Positions 31,972 through 40,569 of a DNA stretch of 64,000 nucleotides are shown in pieces. Both the position numbers and the translations under genes were made by a program. The notes beneath the pieces were generated by a model, which was not told where the DNA came from, did not search any database, and saw nothing but the letters and a program-made list of their open reading frames with translations. The DNA is taken from assembly GCA_965200875.1 (NCBI GenBank), contig OZ241456.1, forward strand, positions 1,216,001 to 1,280,000, read 5' to 3'. Source of the DNA: Bdellovibrionales bacterium. GTDB taxonomy: Bacteria > Bdellovibrionota > Bdellovibrionia > Bdellovibrionales > UBA1609. Each line of letters begins with the position of its first letter. Positions within the stretch are counted from its first letter, which is position 1.

Positions 31972-33054
31972 ATGACAAAACAACCAGTCAAAGTTCAAAA
32001 AAAATTATTGAAAAAATCAAAGGCGAAAAAAATAATAGCAGTGTCGGCAGGTAAGACTTTGGATAATCTGCACGATAGATTCTTTAAAAGATTTTTTTCA
32101 GAAATTGCATTTGCCAAAGAGATCTTTAAACTGGTCTTATCTCCAGAAGAATTTTCAGCCTGCGACTGGGATACTTTAAAAGTGGAAAAAGACAGTTTAA
32201 AAGATAAAATGGCAGACTTGGTTTTTACAGTCGCTCTTAAAGACAACCCTTCTGCCAAGTTTCAGTTCTGTATCCTTCTGGAACACAAGTCCTCTTACAA
32301 TAAAAACCTCTTCCGGCAGGTTTTATCCTATCAGACTCTTCTCTATGAACGGAAGTCAGACAACATTATAGCTGTTATTCCCATTGTGTTTTATCATGGA
32401 AAAAAGCCTTGGAGCTGGCCTATTTCTTTTCAGGAAGCCATTTTTGGACTGTTTTTTAATAAAATTCCTGTTTCCTTTCGTAAAAGTATGTTAGATTACA
32501 AGTTGAAATTGCTGGACACCCATGATCCACAAGTTCAAAAAGCTTTAAAGGATCCAAACATTCAAAGCCGTGGAGCATTAGCATTGTTAAGCAAGATATG
32601 GTTTTTAAAGAAGAGTGTGCCGGAGTTGTTGGAGTTTGTGTCTGCGTTTTCAGGTTTTTCGGGAAAGCGAGAGGATTTGATATTAAGTGCAGTGGATTAT
32701 TTGAAGTCAGCGGGTGGAGTGAGTGTTGAATTATGGAAAAGAGTTGAGCATTTGGCAATAGAAAGAAGTTTATTAAAAAGAGGAGGTTATATGGACATAA
32801 GAGAAGAGATTAAATTAGTGGGCATACAAGAAGGCATGCAAAAAGGTCTAAGAGAAGGAATACAAAAAGGCCGACAGGAAGGTCGTCAGGAAGGTCGTCA
32901 GGAAGGTTTACAAGAGGGTATGCAAGAAGGCATGCAGAAAGGTCGTCAGGAAGTGGTACTTAATATGTTACAAAGTAATTTTAAGTTTTCCGTTATTTCT
33001 GAGATGACAGGGCTTTCTGAAGAGGAGATCAAAAAGCTGAAAAACAATTCTTGA
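31972..33054 (+). CDS. Rpn family nuclease/putative transposase (YhgA-like)
   Basis: LHDRFFK, ADLVF, LLEHKS, IPIVFYHG, EGRQ repeats, VVLNML...SEMTGLS; GAGGAGG RBS. Confidence 0.92.
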   Translation: MTKQPVKVQKKLLKKSKAKKIIAVSAGKTLDNLHDRFFKRFFSEIAFAKEIFKLVLSPEEFSACDWDTLKVEKDSLKDKMADLVFTVALKDNPSAKFQFCILLEHKSSYNKNLFRQVLSYQTLLYERKSDNIIAVIPIVFYHGKKPWSWPISFQEAIFGLFFNKIPVSFRKSMLDYKLKLLDTHDPQVQKALKDPNIQSRGALALLSKIWFLKKSVPELLEFVSAFSGFSGKREDLILSAVDYLKSAGGVSVELWKRVEHLAIERSLLKRGGYMDIREEIKLVGIQEGMQKGLREGIQKGRQEGRQEGRQEGLQEGMQEGMQKGRQEVVLNMLQSNFKFSVISEMTGLSEEEIKKLKNNS

Positions 33055-33113
33055 TTTTAATATTTCATCCTTCTGAGTTCGTCCTCCGTGAACAAACTGT
33101 TACAACACTGTGA

Positions 33114-33482
33114 TTACTTGATTTTTTTTATAAAAGATTTGGAGTTCTGTTCTCTTTGTTTTGTTATAGCCTCACGCTGTTTTGCTGATTCCTCAAGCCA
33201 ATTCGCCCGTTTCAAATTCGCCAATAACAAATCTGCACCGGTAAAATTCGACCCTCGAAGATATGCACCTCTCAAATTCGAAAAGTAAAAAGTCGCACCA
33301 CTAAAATTCGCTTCTGCTAAAAATAACTTGCTCAAATCCACACCTGATAAACTACAATTAGTCCGGCCAAGCTTATTTATATACTGTCTAAAATTATTAA
33401 TATTACAGGTAGACTCAGCCTCATTTTGGCCATAGCTCAAAGCACCTAAGCTTAAAAAAAGTAAAGCAATTATTAATCTCAT
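33114..33482 (-). pseudogene. Pentapeptide-repeat gene, 3'-truncated and fused to a foreign tail (array 2)
   Basis: Shared signal peptide; repeats stop at ANLKRAN, then unrelated WLEESAK...; no C-cap. Confidence 0.75.
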
Positions 33483-33907
33483 TAGTTACCTTCCTCATTT
33501 TCAAAAACAACAAAACCACTTACACCTTGTGAGGTTAAATAAGCACCCAAATCCGGATCAACTTTCGCATTGGTAAAATTCGCACTACGCAAATCCGCCC
33601 CAGTAAAAATCGCATTGCGCAAATTCGCACTACGCAAATTCGCTCTGTACAAATTCGCCCCGGTCAAATTCGCCCCGGTCAAATTCGTCGCCCACAAACC
33701 CGCATTACGCAAATTCGCACTACGCAAATCCGCATTACGCAAATTCGCTCTGTACAAATTCACTCTTTGCAAATCCGCACCTTGCAAATTCGCATAGCTC
33801 AAATTCATTCTGAACAAAAATGCCCCTTCCAAATCGCACTGATGATTTCCTAGCATATAGATATAGTCGCGATAATTATTAATATTACAGGTAGACTCAG
33901 CCTCATT
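33482..33907 (-). pseudogene. Pentapeptide-repeat gene lacking its signal peptide (array 2)
   Basis: Frame continues upstream to NEAESTCNINNYRDYIY, then is replaced by the duplicated 36192 segment. Confidence 0.8.
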
Positions 33908-34094
33908 GACTTGTTTTCTGGGTGGAAGTCAGATCAAATGGTTACAGGGTAAAAGCATATATATTTGACTTTATGGCCTATTTTATTCACCATTCAGGGA
34001 GTTATGGAAAGTAATTTAACAAAACAACAGATCAATCACCTAACAGAAAGTGGCTTTACAGTCGAACAGGCAGAGGCTATTGTTCGAACCATAG
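33907..34094 (+). repeat. Partial duplicate of 36192-36381 (upstream region and 5' end of DUF1640-like gene)
   Basis: TGACTTGTTTTCTGGGTGG...GTTCGAACCATAGA is near-identical in both places. Confidence 0.93.
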
Positions 34095-34133
34095 ACAGGC
34101 TCTTCGTAAACCAAAAAGAGAGTTGTAGACATT

Positions 34134-34733
34134 CTACTGCATATTTGAGATAGCAGGAGCTTCTTCAACAACAACAAAACCACTTATACCTTGTGAGGTT
34201 AAATAAGTCGCCAAGGCCGGATCAACTTTCGCAGAGGTTAAAATTACCCCAGTCAAATCCGCCCCGGTCAGATTCGTATTACTCAAATCCGCCCCAGTCA
34301 TATTCGCATTGACCAAATTCGCCTCGTACAAATTCGCACCTCGCAAACTCGCATTGACCAAATACGCCACAGACAAATCCGCCATAGACAAATCCGCCAT
34401 AGACAAAATTGCCCTTTCCAAATTCGCCCCGAACAAATTCGCCCCGGTCAGATTCGTATTACTCAAATCCGCCCCAGTCAAATCCGCACTAAATAAATGT
34501 GCCACGGTCAAATTTGCATTACGCAAATTCGCATCGATCAAATTCGCATGACTCAAAATTGCATAAGACATATTCTCCTCTATCAAATCCGCTCCGCGCA
34601 AATCGCATTTATAATTTCCGGGAGTATAGATATAATCTCGATAATTATTAATATTACAGGTAGACTCAGACTCATTCTGTCCATAGCTCAAAGCACCTAA
34701 GCTTAAAAATAGTAAAGTAATTATTATTTTCAT
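34134..34733 (-). CDS. Secreted pentapeptide-repeat protein (array 2)
   Basis: Shared signal peptide and C-cap; upstream ~90 bp is an inverted copy of 20690-20780. Confidence 0.92.
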   Translation of the reverse strand: MKIIITLLFLSLGALSYGQNESESTCNINNYRDYIYTPGNYKCDLRGADLIEENMSYAILSHANLIDANLRNANLTVAHLFSADLTGADLSNTNLTGANLFGANLERAILSMADLSMADLSVAYLVNASLRGANLYEANLVNANMTGADLSNTNLTGADLTGVILTSAKVDPALATYLTSQGISGFVVVEEAPAISNMQ

Positions 34734-35062
34734 TAGTAACCTCCTTGTTTGGGTTTATTTGCATAATACAGGTGTTTATGAAAAACACTTAATAAAAAAA
34801 CAAGTCCGGGTAATATTTACACGAAAAAATAACTGGAATCATAAAGACATGGGGGACAATGTCCATCGCTTGGGTGGATGACCATTTTTTCTGGGATTTC
34901 AGTTTTTCGCTCTAAGCACTTGAAATAACAAAGCTTTTCACCATCAGAAACTCGATTTTTCTTATCAAAAAAGAAGCTGGCCAATATTTCTAAAAACGAA
35001 AAAGCCCGTCTGAGATAGACAGGCTCTTTCTAAACAAAGGAAGTTATGAAAATTAAGAGAAT

Positions 35063-35977
35063 TTAGAAAAATTTTACTAGAGGTGCTTCAACAACAACAA
35101 AACCACTTACACCCTGTGCTTCTAAATATTCCACTTGGTATGGTCTAACTTTCGCCCCGGTAAAATCTGCACCGCTCAAGTCCATTTCTTTAAAAATCGC
35201 TTCGTACAAAATTGCATTTGTAAAATTCGCATTGTTCACATTTGAATTTTGCAATCTCATATTAAACAAATCCGCATTGGTAAAATCTGCACCGCTCAAA
35301 TCTGCATTTACAAATCTTGCTCTAGGTAACTCCGCATCAGTTAAATTTGCACCGGACAAATTTGCCTCTTCAAAATTTGAATCTATAGCCTGTATATTTG
35401 ACATATTAGCACCGGACAAATCTGCCTTATAAAAAGTAGAAAAATTCAAAATCGCACCGCTCAAATCCTTTTCACGCAAATCTGCACCGCTCAAATCACA
35501 CCTAAATGGAACATCTGTCTTATATCTATATTCATCAAAATAATTATTAATACCACATGAATAATTAGTTTTATATCTCTTCCGATCGGCTTGCGAGCCC
35601 CTAACACTAGTAGTAAAACCAGTAAGAAATGTAAAAAGTCTCGATATGAATCCTTGATTATCTAAGTAATTACTGCTTACGCTATTAAGCTTTTGAATCT
35701 TGTACGCGTCCGGTTCTGTCGGCAGGCGCAGTTTAGTACCTTGAAAATTTGTACCTTGTAAATTTGCACCTTGTAAATTCGCATCTTTAAAAGTAGGGCT
35801 TTTTCTATACAAATCTATTCTTGCACCTTCATTTCTCCGGTCTTCTTCTGTACCATGATCACCAGCTGATAATTCTCTCTTAGTGATTCCAGCCCCTCCT
35901 ACAAAAAACAAGACAGCCGACAATAAAAAACCAAAACCAAAGCCAATTAATACATTTTTATTCATTATCTTTTTCAT
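35063..35977 (-). CDS. Membrane-anchored pentapeptide-repeat protein, divergent member
   Basis: N-terminal TM; CGINNYFDEYRYK...CDL cap like gene 20781; AKV...QGVSGFVVV C-cap. Confidence 0.9.
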   Translation of the reverse strand: MKKIMNKNVLIGFGFGFLLSAVLFFVGGAGITKRELSAGDHGTEEDRRNEGARIDLYRKSPTFKDANLQGANLQGTNFQGTKLRLPTEPDAYKIQKLNSVSSNYLDNQGFISRLFTFLTGFTTSVRGSQADRKRYKTNYSCGINNYFDEYRYKTDVPFRCDLSGADLREKDLSGAILNFSTFYKADLSGANMSNIQAIDSNFEEANLSGANLTDAELPRARFVNADLSGADFTNADLFNMRLQNSNVNNANFTNAILYEAIFKEMDLSGADFTGAKVRPYQVEYLEAQGVSGFVVVEAPLVKFF

Positions 35978-36092
35978 AAAATACTCCTTTTAAAATCTCA
36001 TTTAATCGAGATACCTCCAGACTAACGGGGGGGGGGTAAAAGTCAAGTATTTAAGGATTTTCACCTCGGATTTTAAAACTGAAGTCTTGTAA

Positions 36093-36120
36093 TGTTCTTG
36101 ACCCCAAAAATTTAGATACC
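36093..36120 (+). mobile_element. Solo IS3-family terminal repeat
   Basis: TGTTCTTGACCCCAAAAATTTAGATACC vs the IS end at 47447, TGTTCTTGACCCCCAAAATTTGGCTACC. Confidence 0.7.
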
Positions 36121-36290
36121 ACGGAAGTGGATCACCATTTTTTCTCTGACCAAAATTACATAAAAAGACAGTTTTTAAGTTATTGAATCACTGACTTGTT
36201 TTCTGGGTGGAAGTCAGATCAAATGGTTACAGGGTAAAAGCATATATATATTTGACTTTTTGTCCTGTTTCATTCACCATTCAGGGAGTT

Positions 36291-36707
36291 ATGGAAAGTA
36301 ATTTAACAAAACAACAGATCAATCACCTAACAGAAAGTGGCTTTACAGTCGAACAGGCAGAGGCTATTGTTCGAACCATAGAACAAAGAGCTGTCAATAA
36401 AAAAGATCTGGAGCTTTTGAAAAAAGATTTAAAGCTTTGGACTTTAGGGGTTGTAATAAGTGGATTCGTTTTATTTGCAGGCTTTATAAGTTATCTGGAT
36501 AGCAAAACCAACGCACGGCTGGACAATATGGAATCTCAAACCAGCTCACGCCTTGACAACATAGAATCCCGATTCAACGAAAGATTTAATAAAATAGACG
36601 AAAGATTTAACAGAATAGAAGCAGACATAAAAACTTTATTACTGCTGAACTCTCCAAATTCACATAAGATAAAAACAAATAAAAACAAATCAGAAGATAT
36701 TAAATAA
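36291..36707 (+). CDS. DUF1640/CCDC90-like membrane coiled-coil protein
   Basis: LTESGFTVEQAEAIV motif, TM, RFN.ID heptads; AGGGAG RBS. Confidence 0.7.
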   Translation: MESNLTKQQINHLTESGFTVEQAEAIVRTIEQRAVNKKDLELLKKDLKLWTLGVVISGFVLFAGFISYLDSKTNARLDNMESQTSSRLDNIESRFNERFNKIDERFNRIEADIKTLLLLNSPNSHKIKTNKNKSEDIK

Positions 36708-36732
36708 TCATCCGTGATAAAGGTGTTAACAC

Positions 36733-36858
36733 ATTTAATTAACAGCTTTTTTAAGAGAATGTGCCATAATCAACTAATCAAGCTTTGACTCTATCTTATC
36801 CATACGCTTTTTCATACGCGCTTGATTGGCTTTTACTGGTTGTATTTGCCAATTCATT
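36733..36858 (-). pseudogene. Degenerate 3' copy of 30151-30372
   Basis: Direct similarity to 30149-30287 with substitutions and an indel. Confidence 0.8.
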
Positions 36859-36939
36859 TAATAGGTTTTTCACATCCAAATATTTAGTCGCCAGTGAACT
36901 TGTGAGATTTTTAATCCTTTGACTTTACACGGTGGCCTA

Positions 36940-37404
36940 TCATGGTAACAACTTTGAATGTTTTTTGTATTCTTGATATATTTTGCCTCGAGGTTTTTTT
37001 ATTATCTCAGAGTTTGTAAAGTCTTCATGTAACTTTTTATCACCTCCACTGCGACTAAATAACAATCTGGATTTTTCCTCCACTAAAGCTATAGCAATAA
37101 TATGTGTATCGTTAGACTTCAATGTTACATTGTTTATAACTCTGTTATTATTATCAATCTCCTTTTTCTTTTCTTTTGAAGAGGTTTGATAAGCTCCTCC
37201 ACTGTTCTTTAACAGACTCACCATCTTAAGCATACAACTATCCTTTTGTATTTCCTCTAAACTCTTTTCATCATCACCATATACTAATATTAATGTCTGT
37301 TTTTGAATACATTGATGAACAGGTTTTGAATCTTCATGCTCTGGATCCACAAATTTATGAAAAGCTTCCGCATCAACAAGTATTCCCTTTTTTGATAATC
37401 CCAT
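36940..37404 (-). CDS. PIN-like domain protein
   Basis: ILVDA...E...SNDTHIIAIA...D..L..DF acidic PIN pattern; follows the ATPase. Confidence 0.65.
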   Translation of the reverse strand: MGLSKKGILVDAEAFHKFVDPEHEDSKPVHQCIQKQTLILVYGDDEKSLEEIQKDSCMLKMVSLLKNSGGAYQTSSKEKKKEIDNNNRVINNVTLKSNDTHIIAIALVEEKSRLLFSRSGGDKKLHEDFTNSEIIKKPRGKIYQEYKKHSKLLP

Positions 37405-37435
37405 AATATTTCCTTAAAAGATAGTATTATACAGG

Positions 37436-38722
37436 TCAATCTTTCAAACCCAGAAGTTTGTAATCTTCTGATAGAAAAAAAGTCTGATAGCTGTCCGGTT
37501 GATTGTTCATGTTTCCATTTCGATCAATAGTGACAGGATAGATTTTTGCTTCTCCATTTTTCAGTTCAAAATAAAGTATTAAAAAATCTTCAGGTCGTAG
37601 CTTTTCTTCTTTGATTTCAATACGCGCCCTTTGAATGATATGATCACTATGAGTTTCACAAATAAATTTATATTTTTCTTTGTGTTTATTTATCATATTA
37701 ACCATAAGAGAGGCAAATTCAGCTTCCACTCTTGGGTGTAAATGAGTTTCTGGTTGTTGCATTAAAAAAGTGTTGTATTTTTCTGAATCTGAAATAAACA
37801 AATTTGCCAATACAGGTAAAAATTGGCTCACCCCATAACCAACATTTGTAATATCTGATGTTAATTCGTCAACTGTTATTTTTATTGAAAATGGTGATTC
37901 ACTATTATTCTTATCTAGGATATCTATATCCAAATTTTGAAAAAGTTTTGAATTTTTACCGAATTTATTAAACTCTTCGCGGATTTCATTCCAGTTATTA
38001 TTTTTCTTCATCTCTGCTAGTTTACATAAAACATAGGATGGATCTGTAGTTTTAACTTCTGTACGATCATATTGGACTTTCGGCTTTAAATGGATCGGAT
38101 CAAGTAGATTACAAGATATATTTTTTAAATTTCCACTTTCCTTAAACCTTACAAGAGAAGTTACTTTTGAATGTAAAACTTTATTTTTTTCAAGCTCTTT
38201 TTTTAGCTCGTTACACAAAAAAGAAATTACTCCAAAAAAGTGAATAGAGAAATGAGCAGGTGTTGTAGCGCTATAACTCTTTTGTCCATTTACAAGAATC
38301 TCCATCATACTGTATTTCTTTAAGTTTACTTCTATACTGTTTTCAGAGCAATGTATTAAAATTTTCTCGCAAGATTTTCCATTTTTTATTGAATATTCCA
38401 CATCCCAAATATTTTGTTCTCCAAGTTTTAAAGTGGCTCCTATGTTCACTATATCAGTATTACCTTGGTTTCTCACAATATACTTGGACCCTCCAAGATA
38501 TTTATAAGTTGTTCCTTTTAATAAATCTTCTATAGATGAAGGCTTTACTGGGTTGTCTGCATACAACAAATCATGGATAAGTTTATAAGCAGATAAGAAT
38601 GTTGTTTTTCCTGTATTATTTTCACCGACAATGATAGTGATAGGACAAATTGCGGTTTTCGATTCAGGAAAACATCTTAAGTTTTTTATCCTTACTTCAT
38701 TGATTTGCATAACTACCTCCAT
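37436..38722 (-). CDS. ABC-type (AAA_21/DUF3696-like) ATPase
   Basis: Walker A GENNTGKTT, signature VGYGVSQ, QQPETHLHP, ETHS H-loop. Confidence 0.88.
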   Translation of the reverse strand: MEVVMQINEVRIKNLRCFPESKTAICPITIIVGENNTGKTTFLSAYKLIHDLLYADNPVKPSSIEDLLKGTTYKYLGGSKYIVRNQGNTDIVNIGATLKLGEQNIWDVEYSIKNGKSCEKILIHCSENSIEVNLKKYSMMEILVNGQKSYSATTPAHFSIHFFGVISFLCNELKKELEKNKVLHSKVTSLVRFKESGNLKNISCNLLDPIHLKPKVQYDRTEVKTTDPSYVLCKLAEMKKNNNWNEIREEFNKFGKNSKLFQNLDIDILDKNNSESPFSIKITVDELTSDITNVGYGVSQFLPVLANLFISDSEKYNTFLMQQPETHLHPRVEAEFASLMVNMINKHKEKYKFICETHSDHIIQRARIEIKEEKLRPEDFLILYFELKNGEAKIYPVTIDRNGNMNNQPDSYQTFFLSEDYKLLGLKD

Positions 38723-40158
38723 AGTTTAAAAATCATATTCAATAAATTTCTTTTTTCAAATTTTACATCTTCTTGTAATACTTTAATACGACTGACATCC
38801 CCTTTTCCAACAATACTTAAAAAATAACACTCCCTATTGCAAGAGGATTCGTATTTATTCATTTGCCCTGATAAAAAATTATATTCCACTCTATCTAATT
38901 TTGGCCACCAGTCCTTAAATAATAAAAAACGTATCATCATTAACACTTCTATACTGGATAAATGTTGACTGAATGGAAAAACATTTTCATTTCCAAATCC
39001 TCGGCTTGAATGTAAATGTTCAATATAGGAAGGGTCTTCTAAAGAACCGTCAAGTTCCATAGATACATCTGAAGTTGTATACTGCTTTCTGCATAACATA
39101 CATTTGTGCCCATAAGTGACAATGTGAGCGTTCCATCGAGCATCAGAAAATTTATCATGCCGTTTGTTCACTGCAATGCCTCCATCAATAACAGGTATTA
39201 AGTGAGCATAAGCTATATGATTTAAAATATCTCTCGCCAGTGGTTTATCTACACAACTGAAAATAATATCACAATCCAAAGCCGCTTTGAACGCAGACCT
39301 TGATTGTATAGGTTGTATGAGAGATTTTACTTTCACATTTTCATTCACAGAATGTTTCAGCATCTTGGTTCTAAAGAATTCAGTCTTGAATTTTCCAATA
39401 TCTTTTTTGGTGGCATAAAGCAATCTGTCCAAATTATGCTCTTCAATTTTATCGTGATCTATTAAAACAACATTTCCGATTCCTATTCTCGCCAAATTCT
39501 CAACAACCATTGAACCCACACTGCCCACACCTACGATCCCCACTGTCATCCTGTTGATTTTTAATTGCTCATCCAATCCCCAAGTTTCAATAGTCCTCTT
39601 TAAAATATTTTTATTTTGAAATGTACTATATGCCTGCTCATTAAATGTAACTTTTAAACAACTTCCAATTACTTTCACTTTATTACACCAAAATCGCTTG
39701 AATGCTCTGTCCTTCTGTTTTATCCAAAATCTGGCACTCCAACTTTCATCTGTACCTAGTGTTAAACCAACCAAAGGCATATTTGTGCTGTTAGCAGGTG
39801 ATGCTATGCGATCTTTTTCCGCAATAATATCCGGTCCACTCATATCCTGCCATCCCTCTGTTGGATGACTATGCATAAAAGCAAGTCCCGCTTTCTTTTT
39901 TATAGCTATTCGTAATGAACGAGCTAAAAATTGTGGTAGAAAACTTGTATTGCCATGAAGTTCCCGTTCATCTTCTTCAGGGAGAATAATCTCAGAGATA
40001 AGAGCTGTTGTCTTACTCATACCATTACAAGGATACCAAAGCGCGAAACATAACTCTTCCTGATGCTCATTTTGCTTAAAATGAGACAACAAATGGTTGC
40101 AGGCAATGCTGTGAGCTTTTTCTGTTAAAGTAACTTCATATTTCATAAGTGCTTCCAA
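38713..40158 (-). CDS. JAB peptidase-E1 (ThiF-like adenylase) fusion
   Basis: JAB motif E...HSHP...S..D; ThiF motifs GVGSVG, D.D.IE.HNLDR, SCVD; CMLC and C-terminal C...C. Confidence 0.9.
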   Translation of the reverse strand: MEALMKYEVTLTEKAHSIACNHLLSHFKQNEHQEELCFALWYPCNGMSKTTALISEIILPEEDERELHGNTSFLPQFLARSLRIAIKKKAGLAFMHSHPTEGWQDMSGPDIIAEKDRIASPANSTNMPLVGLTLGTDESWSARFWIKQKDRAFKRFWCNKVKVIGSCLKVTFNEQAYSTFQNKNILKRTIETWGLDEQLKINRMTVGIVGVGSVGSMVVENLARIGIGNVVLIDHDKIEEHNLDRLLYATKKDIGKFKTEFFRTKMLKHSVNENVKVKSLIQPIQSRSAFKAALDCDIIFSCVDKPLARDILNHIAYAHLIPVIDGGIAVNKRHDKFSDARWNAHIVTYGHKCMLCRKQYTTSDVSMELDGSLEDPSYIEHLHSSRGFGNENVFPFSQHLSSIEVLMMIRFLLFKDWWPKLDRVEYNFLSGQMNKYESSCNRECYFLSIVGKGDVSRIKVLQEDVKFEKRNLLNMIFKLWR

Positions 40159-40565
40159 AAATTTCTTAAATGAGACTCAAAAAAGGTATGCAAACTTTTT
40201 TTTGAATTATCCAAGCCATCCCATATATCTTGAGGTGGACGACTAAGTGTCATCCAGTTTTCTCCACTATGTTCATACTGTTCATGTATCTGACCTATTT
40301 TTTGTATTTCCTCTTCACTAAATTCCTCTGTTTTTAAATGTATAAAATGAGGTGGTAATCTTGGATAATCACTTAGTGGCAGTTCTATACCTATTGTGAT
40401 TTTCTTCTTCTCTAGGGAACCACAGGGAATGACATACTTAAATACACATAGGTAACCATCTCTTTTTGAAGATAAGTTCCGGTTTTTCATATCTTGTATC
40501 TGCTGTAACTCACAAGAGAGAATCTTTTTTATTTCTTTTTGGATTTGATTCGTTAAATTTTCCAC
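40143..40565 (-). CDS. Prokaryotic E2-like (UBC-fold) protein
   Basis: DYPRLPPHFIH motif typical of UBC folds; WMTLSRP at the presumed active site; lies between Ubl and E1. Confidence 0.7.
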   Translation of the reverse strand: MENLTNQIQKEIKKILSCELQQIQDMKNRNLSSKRDGYLCVFKYVIPCGSLEKKKITIGIELPLSDYPRLPPHFIHLKTEEFSEEEIQKIGQIHEQYEHSGENWMTLSRPPQDIWDGLDNSKKSLHTFFESHLRNFWKHL

Positions 40566-40569
40566 TGAA

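Noticed and set aside
20781..35977. Diversity-generating retroelement behind pentapeptide variation
   Set aside because: No reverse transcriptase in the window; differences are block swaps and repeat-number changes, not adenine-specific substitutions
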